Shown: piece after piece, positions 57,301 through 64,000 of the stretch | Numbering within the stretch: position 1 is the stretch's first letter | How the letters are laid out: the number at the start of each line of letters is the position of its first letter | Virus record (IMG/VR): IMGVR_UViG_3300030085_002431 | Span: 186,001-250,000 of that record | Reading direction: 5' to 3' (one strand) | Length of the DNA stretch: 64,000 nt | Program-made: the position numbers and the translations under genes | Notes under the pieces: model-generated | What the model was told of the DNA's origin: nothing | Seen by the model: only the letters and a program-made list of their open reading frames with translations | Databases searched by the model: none

Positions 57301-57654
57301 ATGGAAGACAATGATTTAAGTCAATTTCCTTCACAACTTTTCTGTGAATCTGAATTACTTGGTGTTAGTTTCACGTTTGGTCCTAATCCTAATCCCTATA
57401 GGAGAAGTCCAAAGATGTATTATATTGAATTAAAGGATAAATCATTTAACTCAGAATTTCCTGATGATTATACTGAGGTTAATTATGAAACAATTCATCC
57501 AGATAATTTTGATGAAGTTGTCAGATGTAGGGAGAAATTAAAATCAGAGTGGTGGAAAAGATATCAATATATTGATGAAAATCCAGATATATTTGGTGCT
57601 GGTGCTGATTTTGGGGAAACTGATATTAACCTCGAAACGGATGAAATTGGTTGA
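57301..57654 (+). CDS. Hypothetical protein
   Basis: 117 aa ORF. Confidence 0.5.
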   Translation: MEDNDLSQFPSQLFCESELLGVSFTFGPNPNPYRRSPKMYYIELKDKSFNSEFPDDYTEVNYETIHPDNFDEVVRCREKLKSEWWKRYQYIDENPDIFGAGADFGETDINLETDEIG

Positions 57655-57669
57655 GTCTTAAGTGACTCA

Positions 57670-57726
57670 AGGACAGTTCTAGCACTGTCCACTAAACCCC
57701 CCACACGGGGCAAAATCGTGTATTGT
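57670..57726 (+). promoter_or_regulatory. Palindrome-linked early promoter (copy 16)
   Basis: AGGACA-N10-TGTCCA; near-identical to copy 15; TATTGT. Confidence 0.7.
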
Positions 57727-57752
57727 ATAAGAGTCAAAGAGATTCGCACTAA

Positions 57753-58004
57753 ATGCAACTCACATCCAAAGATGGTCACATGGTTGTTGATTTTTATTCC
57801 CTGAAGTTTGCTGATGGGACTGAGCACAATCGTTTGGCACTTAAGGTTGTTACTTTCTGTGGTAAAACCCAATCGAAAAGTTACATCAACATCAAAGATG
57901 TAAAACGTGAGGTAGAATCTCGTATTGAGGGTTATGGTTACAAACAAACCCGAATCAATAAAGAACCTCAATTCTTTAACTCAGCAATGGCATGTGCCTG
58001 CTGA
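57753..58004 (+). CDS. Hypothetical protein
   Basis: MQL.SK.G.MVVDFY...EV.SR...YGY. Confidence 0.65.
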   Translation: MQLTSKDGHMVVDFYSLKFADGTEHNRLALKVVTFCGKTQSKSYINIKDVKREVESRIEGYGYKQTRINKEPQFFNSAMACAC

Positions 58005-58010
58005 TATTAA

Positions 58011-58128
58011 CTGGGCAGTACAGTATTTAACGTAAGACCCAGCATGAGATGGCATACCCGTTACGGTCACTGTGCTGACGTTCCTGAGTGAACTTCCGTG
58101 GGTCGGTTAATCCTGTCAGCAACATCTC
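58011..58128 (+). ncRNA. Candidate structured RNA (pseudoknotted 5' leader)
   Basis: CTGGG/CCCAG; GAGATG/CATCTC; ACCC/GGGT; ACGG/CCGT; TCACT/AGTGA; loop GCTGAC pairs with GTCAGC. Confidence 0.55.
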
Positions 58129-58164
58129 TTTAGTACACAAACACAAACCACATTTAATTTCATT

Positions 58165-58335
58165 ATGTCTGCAACTGTTGAATTTTCTCGTGATGTCATG
58201 CTGGGTATGCTCCGCAAGGGCAAAAACGGCAAGGAAATCATGGACATTCTCAACGTGATTGCTCCTGAGTCTGATGGTGATTCTGCTGCCTCTGATTATG
58301 GTCAGGGCAACGGATTCGACCCGATTGACTTCTGA
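58165..58335 (+). CDS. Small protein (56 aa, not in ORF track)
   Basis: MSATVEFSRDVMLGMLRKG...; followed by GGGGAGTTA/TAACTCCCC hairpin. Confidence 0.65.
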   Translation: MSATVEFSRDVMLGMLRKGKNGKEIMDILNVIAPESDGDSAASDYGQGNGFDPIDF

Positions 58336-58385
58336 TTGAGTCGGGGAGTTAATAACTCCCCACATTTGTTTTTTTGTTTTATATC

Positions 58386-58724
58386 ATGAATCAAACTGAA
58401 CCCACCGAATTGCAATGCTCCCAAGTTTTTTGGGTAGTTGGTGCTGCTCAAAGACTTGCTAATCTTGGTTTACTCGATGAAGTACCGATTGGGATTGCAA
58501 TGGAGAAGAATGATGAATGGATTGAACTAGATAAAACTCGGCATTTTCTTTTTGAAAATGACTTTGAGATAGCATCAATCTTTTATGCTCTTGTTACTAA
58601 TGACGGGAAACTAGAAGATAATTATGATGAGAGTACTTTTGACAATATGACTCAAGTTCTCATTGATTACAAAGACAATCGAATCGAGTTGGTTCGATGT
58701 GCATTAGAGCACTGTCTTGTGTGA
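58386..58724 (+). CDS. Hypothetical protein
   Basis: WVVGA..RLA.LG. Confidence 0.55.
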   Translation: MNQTEPTELQCSQVFWVVGAAQRLANLGLLDEVPIGIAMEKNDEWIELDKTRHFLFENDFEIASIFYALVTNDGKLEDNYDESTFDNMTQVLIDYKDNRIELVRCALEHCLV

Positions 58725-58739
58725 GTCTAGTGCTCATGT

Positions 58740-58807
58740 GTGACACATGTACTAGTGGCACAGTAAATGAGCACAGACCCCAAAATCTGCTATCATTACA
58801 AAGTAAT
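58740..58807 (+). promoter_or_regulatory. Palindrome-linked early promoter (copy 17)
   Basis: GTGACA-N10-TGGCAC; TGcTATCAT; ATTAC-aaa-GTAAT. Confidence 0.75.
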
Positions 58808-58821
58808 CAATCAGGGACCGC

Positions 58822-59502
58822 ATGGACCGCAAGCAAGTCATCGAAAAGATTCAAGCAATCCTGAAACTTCAGGAAGGTACGACTTTCGATGGTGAAGCAG
58901 ATAATGCTGCTAAGATGATTGATATGCTGTGCAAAAAGTACGGTGTAACTATCGACGAAGCAACCGAAGTTCAGGTTGAAGATGAGATTTTCCTGAAGTT
59001 CAAGAAAATCAATGTTGCTTATGCAACTCTTCTCAATGCGATTGCATATTTCTATGATGCAAAAGCATATCTCAAAACCGATGTGAATGGAAACAAAACC
59101 ATTCAAGTTATTGGTTCTGAGGCACAACAGATTCAAGTGCGAATCTATTTCGATTATCTTGTAGATTGCATGGAGAAAGAAACTGAAACTGCACACAAAG
59201 CAGAGAAGATTATTGCTCAACTTCAGGGTAATAAACTCTCTCGCAGTTTCAAAACTAACTTCCGCAAAGGTTTTGCTGAGCAAGTTATGAACCGTCTGCA
59301 AGATAAGAAGAAACAAGAGGGTCGAGTTCATGAGCACAAAGCAGTGACCGATAAGGCACTCTCAACCCGTCGATTTAACACTTCTCGACGTATGAATGGT
59401 GCGAGTGGTTACGGTGGCAATGCTGGGGCATCTGCGGGTGGTTCAGTGTCACTTAACCGTCAGGCATCAGGTGCTTCACAAAAGCAAATTGTTGGGGTAT
59501 AA
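58822..59502 (+). CDS. DUF2786-like protein
   Basis: I.KI..IL.L......EA..A...I..L..KYG N-terminus; F..GFA..V..RL; G...G..V.L.R C-terminus. Confidence 0.7.
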   Translation: MDRKQVIEKIQAILKLQEGTTFDGEADNAAKMIDMLCKKYGVTIDEATEVQVEDEIFLKFKKINVAYATLLNAIAYFYDAKAYLKTDVNGNKTIQVIGSEAQQIQVRIYFDYLVDCMEKETETAHKAEKIIAQLQGNKLSRSFKTNFRKGFAEQVMNRLQDKKKQEGRVHEHKAVTDKALSTRRFNTSRRMNGASGYGGNAGASAGGSVSLNRQASGASQKQIVGV

Positions 59503-59528
59503 TATACCCCTCTCTTTTTTTATCCAAA

Positions 59529-60020
59529 ATGAATCAAGAAATTAAAGTCTATGATGATTTTCTGAGTAAAGAAGATCATGATAGACTTGTTCATTTATTT
59601 TCTGGATTAGGTGAGTATTCTAAATTCCCATGGGAATGTGTGGATAATGATAGACCAAATCTAATTAAATTTACTCATGATTTTTGGTCTCATGGTCCGA
59701 TGGGTAATTATAGTGAATGGATTGGACCTCTTACATATGCGTTAGATATTAAATCTTTAGTGTTTGCTTTTGCTTCCTTATATCCAAAAGGTAGTGAACT
59801 TGTTGAATTTGATTATCATGTAGATATTGATTTTGCATGTACGACTTGTGTGTATTATGTAAACACATGCGATGGATATACTAAATTTGAAGATTGTGGA
59901 ACTGTGGTAGATAGTGTTGCCAATAGATGTTTAGTTTTTCCGAGTCAATTAAGGCACACAGGTACAAATGTGACTGATACTAATAAACGGTTAATCATCA
60001 ATATGAATTTCTTCAACTAA
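59529..60020 (+). CDS. 2OG-Fe(II) oxygenase
   Basis: YDDFL; HVD...YYVNT.DGYT.F....V.SVANR...F.....H.GT..T....R..IN.NF. Confidence 0.85.
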   Translation: MNQEIKVYDDFLSKEDHDRLVHLFSGLGEYSKFPWECVDNDRPNLIKFTHDFWSHGPMGNYSEWIGPLTYALDIKSLVFAFASLYPKGSELVEFDYHVDIDFACTTCVYYVNTCDGYTKFEDCGTVVDSVANRCLVFPSQLRHTGTNVTDTNKRLIINMNFFN

Positions 60021-60487
60021 TGAGTGATATATTATTATTAACACCATCAAGACATTCTTTCAGCACGGATGATAATGATTATTGCTTTATTTTTGTGCAT
60101 GACTTAGCAATCAAGGCATCACCATCACATCTGAAAGAAGTAAATTTTGATGATATAGAATATGCTGGTGCGGAGTATTATCCACAACGAGCAGGATGGA
60201 ATTGCCAATGTTGTAGTGGGAAGAAATATGCAAATGCAAATATCTATTTTCCAGGATTATTAGTTGAAGGATTAAGTAAAAAATCAAAATATAAGTTAAT
60301 TGATGGTCGGCACAGATTAGATAAGATGAGGTTTAATGGCATGACCAAATCAAAGTTTTATGTGTTTGATTATAGTGAGGTGAAGGAGTTAATTTATCAC
60401 TGTAATACACAAGATGAAAAGGATGAAATACTGAATAACGTTGCGGAGGAATGTATGCACCTGAGAGACACCATGGACCTTCTCTAA
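60020..60487 (+). CDS. ParB/Srx-like domain protein
   Basis: P.L.......Y.LIDGRHRL. Confidence 0.55.
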   Translation: MSDILLLTPSRHSFSTDDNDYCFIFVHDLAIKASPSHLKEVNFDDIEYAGAEYYPQRAGWNCQCCSGKKYANANIYFPGLLVEGLSKKSKYKLIDGRHRLDKMRFNGMTKSKFYVFDYSEVKELIYHCNTQDEKDEILNNVAEECMHLRDTMDLL

Positions 60488-60521
60488 CCTACCTGAAATC
60501 TGTCTAGACTAGTATATCTCA

Positions 60522-60591
60522 AAACCACTTGTTCAACTGGCACAAACACGACCCCAAACCCCTGAAAAATTTGCTATCATTACTATGTAAT
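60522..60591 (+). promoter_or_regulatory. Palindrome-linked early promoter (copy 18)
   Basis: AAACCA-N10-TGGCAC; TGcTATCAT; ATTAC-tat-GTAAT. Confidence 0.65.
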
Positions 60592-61107
60592 GAGAAAGGG
60601 AGTTCAACTTGAGCACTGCTGACAAACTTGAGAAAGCATTTTATTTGAATCTGATTCGATTGGTTGATGAAGTTCAGGGCAATGTTAAATTGCAATCACA
60701 AGTTACCTACAAACAAAAAAGTGCCTGGGTAAAACAAACTAAGTCTCAGAAAACAAAAAAAGATGCACTTTCTAAAATCAAATGACTAGCATCAGAACAA
60801 CCTACGACATCAAAACAAGAGAGAAACTTTACACTGTGATTCATAATCACAAAGTTATTCTCACTCCACACATTACCAACGCAATTCTCTACGTTCACAA
60901 ATGCAAGTAATTGACATCAACATCATGCAATTCTGCCAAGAGCAAGAAGCAGATTTAGAAATGGTTCTTGATTATCTTAACTCTCAAATTGATAATCCTA
61001 CACAGGAACAAATTGATGAGGCATGTAAGATATATGATGATTATCTTGAAGATGTAGACTTTATCAATTCTCTCTGATATAATAACCAAGTAATCCAATT
61101 AAACATA

Positions 61108-61380
61108 ATGCTTAAGGCAATTACATCACTATTACTATCAGTTACCTTATGGGTACAAGTTCCACAATGGAATGATGATTGGAGTAATTGTGCAGTAGAT
61201 GTTCCTGACACTAGTTGTCATTGGTACATTGTAAATGCCGATAATACTTTTGGTGAAGGATTCGATTGGGAAACTGCACCATGGTATTCGATTGAAGGAT
61301 TACAAGACATTGCTAATCTTCATGATGAGGTAATTAGTAATGGTCACACTTATACAGTTGAAGCATTACAAAATCAATGA
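61108..61380 (+). CDS. Secreted/membrane-anchored hypothetical protein
   Basis: N-terminal hydrophobic stretch; WVQVPQW.DDW..CAVDVPD..CHWY. Confidence 0.65.
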   Translation: MLKAITSLLLSVTLWVQVPQWNDDWSNCAVDVPDTSCHWYIVNADNTFGEGFDWETAPWYSIEGLQDIANLHDEVISNGHTYTVEALQNQ

Positions 61381-61682
61381 CGAAAAGGGTAAAGGATTTA
61401 ATTAGTGAACTCGAACTATTAAATCCGAATGAATCTATCTTTGCTTTATATTATACAAAGGAGGATGTAAAACAATTAGATTACTATTGTACTGATTGTT
61501 ATCCTTATACTGATGAACTAGCAGAGAAGACAATTACTAAACTAACTGAAGATGGTGATGTAAAGAATACAGTAGACAAGTTAGTTACTAATACAATGAG
61601 AGATGATACTAGTTATCTCGTACAAGAAGAATGTAGATTAGATAGTATTGACAAGGTATTAAATGACTCTCCGAGTTACTAA
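61377..61682 (+). CDS. Hypothetical protein
   Basis: ATGA overlap. Confidence 0.55.
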   Translation: MTKRVKDLISELELLNPNESIFALYYTKEDVKQLDYYCTDCYPYTDELAEKTITKLTEDGDVKNTVDKLVTNTMRDDTSYLVQEECRLDSIDKVLNDSPSY

Positions 61683-61684
61683 AA

Positions 61685-62680
61685 AGTGCATCTGTGGAAA
61701 AACTTGTGGAAAAACAATCATTAAATAAATGGTTAAAAAAACATAGTTGCGTGTTTTATGTTTTCCACAGAAGGTGTTGAAAAAGTATATAAATACCCTG
61801 TTTTATCTTCGTTATTATGTTCTAAACCCCTCTGGTTATTGTTATCTAAGACCGCAGTATATCATGAGTTGACAAAAAAGTCAAGAAAATTTCTGAAACT
61901 TTTTGAGTCTCACACATATTATTCGTCTGATATAAGACTCAACAAAACTGTAAGATTTTATGAGTCCTCTGAGTCTCACTGATTCGTCCATTCTTATGCG
62001 AAACTCACTGGTCTCAGAGAACTTATGAGTCTCAGACCACTCGAAAATTCGTCCACTGGACACAGTAGTCTCATTGTTTTGCGTGTAGACTACTAGGGTG
62101 GTTTTGAGGGAGGGAAGTATTACACAGCACTATGTGATAATAATTACACAGTGAGTTTGTATTAGTTTTCCACAGGCAAAGTATTAGTTATCCACAGACC
62201 CTGTGGAAAAGTATTATAAACCTGTGGAAAACTTTATACCTGGGGGAGGGGTTTATATTACTAATACACAGTGAGTTTCTGATTGTTTATAAACACCAGT
62301 ACTACTCACAAACACTCCGAGGGTTTCTAATACTTTACAGATTGCCCTTCGTGTATTATAATAAAACAGTGTTGTGTAATTATAATTAAGTAGTACTGTT
62401 TAATTCTTATACCCACGGGGGGGTTATTAATAACAATTACTTAGTGAGTTCGTTATTGTTATTATACAGCACTAAATGACAGTAACCCTCGGGGGGGTTA
62501 GGTTTTTTATAAAAACCGATGGGTCCCCCTAACCTACAAAAGTATGCATCCACGAGACCTTTACCCCGCATATAAAAATTTTTCCGAGGGGAAAAACGGG
62601 TCTCCGAGGTCCGTTCAAGAAAAAAAATTCCGAGGGGAAAAAATAGGTTAAAAACCCTGTGAGTGCTATATAACGGAGAA
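61685..62680. other. Gene-free repeat-rich region, candidate replication origin with DnaA-box cluster
   Basis: TT(A/T)TCCACA or its complement at 61693, 61705, 61761, 62166, 62188, 62202, 62223; GAGTCTCA repeats; AT-rich tracts. Confidence 0.6.
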
Positions 62681-62695
62681 TAAAAATTTCTAAGA

Positions 62696-62839
62696 ATGAC
62701 CGAAGAAGAGAAGGAGTTACTCATCGAGTGCATTCAATTCCGTTTACAGCACGACAAGTCTTTAAATAGTAATGAAGTATTACGTGAAGATTTGGAAGAA
62801 TTGCTCTTTAAAGTAGAGGATATTGATGACTACGTATGA
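62696..62839 (+). CDS. Small hypothetical protein
   Basis: MTEEEKELLIECIQFR; 47 aa. Confidence 0.5.
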   Translation: MTEEEKELLIECIQFRLQHDKSLNSNEVLREDLEELLFKVEDIDDYV

Positions 62840-62984
62840 CATAAAAGTCAAAGGTTTAACAGTAATGGAGAGAGTTACTCCAGAGCAACTCACACAGAGT
62901 ATGAAAGATGCTCAAATGATTGTGTGGTTGAGAGGGGGTAAAATGGAAGACGTTGAGTATGTAATAAATACAAAGTCTTCTTGA
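62826..62984 (+). CDS. Small hypothetical protein
   Basis: MTTYDIKVKG; SD gagg. Confidence 0.5.
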   Translation: MTTYDIKVKGLTVMERVTPEQLTQSMKDAQMIVWLRGGKMEDVEYVINTKSS

Positions 62985-63013
62985 GACGAAAAAAAACCCC
63001 GTCCGCAACGTAG

Positions 63014-63042
63014 TTGCATTTGATGTGAAGGGGTGATATAAT
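63014..63042 (+). promoter_or_regulatory. sigma70-type promoter
   Basis: TTGCAT-17-TATAAT with extended TG. Confidence 0.75.
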
Positions 63043-63066
63043 TATAGAGTTGGAATTTACATTTTT

Positions 63067-63819
63067 ATGGCCAAAGGATTTACAGTAAAAGCAAAGGCAC
63101 CGACAGTTAATAAGAACGTTGACGAATTCGACCTTGCAGCAGCAAAGGAGATGATTAAAGGTAAGGCAGTTGTATTTTGTCTACCTGGACGAGGATGTTC
63201 ATATACGTTTATGAAGAGTTTTGTACAATTGTGTTTTGACCTTGTACAAGCAGGTGCGAGTATTCAGATTAGTCAAGACTATAGTTCCATGGTGAACTTT
63301 GCACGATGCAAGTGTCTTGGTGCTAATGTATTGCGTGGACCGAATCAGAAACCTTGGGATGGTAAACTGCAATATGATTATCAGTTGTGGATTGACAGTG
63401 ATATTGTCTTCGACACCGAGAAGTTCTATCGTCTTGTAGCAATGGATAAGGACATTGCAGCAGGTTGGTACATGACTGAGGATGGTCGTACTACGAGTGT
63501 TGCTCACTGGTTGGAAGAGGATGACTTCCGTACCAATGGTGGAGTGATGAATCACGAAACTGCTGAGACCATGCCGAAGCGTAAAAAACCGTTTACCGTT
63601 GACTACACTGGTTTCGGATGGGTTCTGATTAAGAACGGAGTCTTCGAGAGTCTTGAGTACCCCTGGTTTGCTCCTAAGATGCAGCAATTTGAATCGGGAG
63701 AGGTTCAGGATATGTGTGGTGAGGATGTCTCCTTCTGCCTGGATGCCAAGGAAGCAGGGTTTGAAATCTGGTGCGACCCGAAGATTCGTGTTGGTCATGA
63801 AAAGACCCGAGTTATCTGA
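63067..63819 (+). CDS. Conserved cyanophage GT-A fold glycosyltransferase-like protein
   Basis: LWIDSDI (DxD), GFGWVLI, GED..FC, VGH.K. Confidence 0.75.
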   Translation: MAKGFTVKAKAPTVNKNVDEFDLAAAKEMIKGKAVVFCLPGRGCSYTFMKSFVQLCFDLVQAGASIQISQDYSSMVNFARCKCLGANVLRGPNQKPWDGKLQYDYQLWIDSDIVFDTEKFYRLVAMDKDIAAGWYMTEDGRTTSVAHWLEEDDFRTNGGVMNHETAETMPKRKKPFTVDYTGFGWVLIKNGVFESLEYPWFAPKMQQFESGEVQDMCGEDVSFCLDAKEAGFEIWCDPKIRVGHEKTRVI

Positions 63820-63825
63820 GTCATT

Positions 63826-63848
63826 GACCCCTACGGGGGTCTTTTTTT
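63826..63848 (+). terminator. Intrinsic terminator
   Basis: GACCCC-tacg-GGGGTC-T7. Confidence 0.85.
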
Positions 63849-63852
63849 ATGG

Positions 63853-63881
63853 TTGACGGAGGGTCTTGGAGGTGTTATAGT
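63853..63881 (+). promoter_or_regulatory. sigma70-type promoter
   Basis: TTGACG-17-TATAGT with extended TG. Confidence 0.75.
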
Positions 63882-63948
63882 GTATTCAAGCCACTGATGG
63901 GTGGTGAAAAAAACCGTAAAAAACAACCGTTTAGGAGACACCAAAATT

Positions 63949-64000
63949 ATGGCAGCACGTCGTGGCAGTGGAAACACCAAACTTGACCCAGTTCCTAAAA
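63949..64000 (+). CDS. Small basic protein (truncated by window end)
   Basis: SD aggag; MAARRGSGNTKLDPVPK. Confidence 0.55.
   Translation, partial: MAARRGSGNTKLDPVPK

Noticed and set aside
11332-60591. Palindromic repeats read as a CRISPR array or integron attC sites
   Set aside because: Copies are degenerate and separated by 0.2-10 kb of genes, each is tied to a -10 box, and no cas or integrase gene is present.
61758-62733. Short ORFs inside the putative origin region (61758+, 61881-, 62437-)
   Set aside because: They are built from repeat sequence, lack SD sites and have atypical composition.
679-63798. Minus-strand and alternate-frame ORFs in the track (e.g. 21916-22662, 52886-53560, 53732-54526, 63199-63798)
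   Set aside because: They shadow well-supported + strand genes, show no recognisable motifs, and have no promoters or SD sites that I could see.

Overview
This is a 64 kb segment of an AT-rich T4-like cyanophage (cyanomyovirus), probably infecting marine Synechococcus. Essentially all real genes lie on the + strand. 1-21.7 kb is a late structural block: a baseplate-hub-like gene end, several large tail-fibre/virion proteins (up to 2573 aa) and T4-type TAAATA late promoters. 21.9-61.7 kb is an accessory/early region. It holds a vWA-peptidase plus CobS/MoxR AAA+ pair, transaldolase, a glutaredoxin-like protein, a DenV-like protein, peptide deformylase, about ten 2OG-Fe(II) oxygenases, two Dam-family methylases (one paired with a MutH/Sau3AI-like nuclease), an SF2 helicase, an HNH nuclease, an ArdA-like protein and many small ORFs. 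The window has ten tRNAs. The most notable non-coding signals are: (i) a circularly permuted, cyanobacterial-type two-piece tmRNA (tag ANNIVAFSRSTVAA) next to tRNA-Ala and def; (ii) about 18 copies of a palindromic operator (GTGnCA-N10-TGnCAC-like) at a fixed distance upstream of -10 boxes, forming modular early-promoter cassettes; (iii) a ~1 kb gene-free region (61.7-62.7 kb) with seven perfect DnaA boxes and other repeats; (iv) four further structured RNA candidates. All family assignments come from motif recognition by eye, with no database searches.
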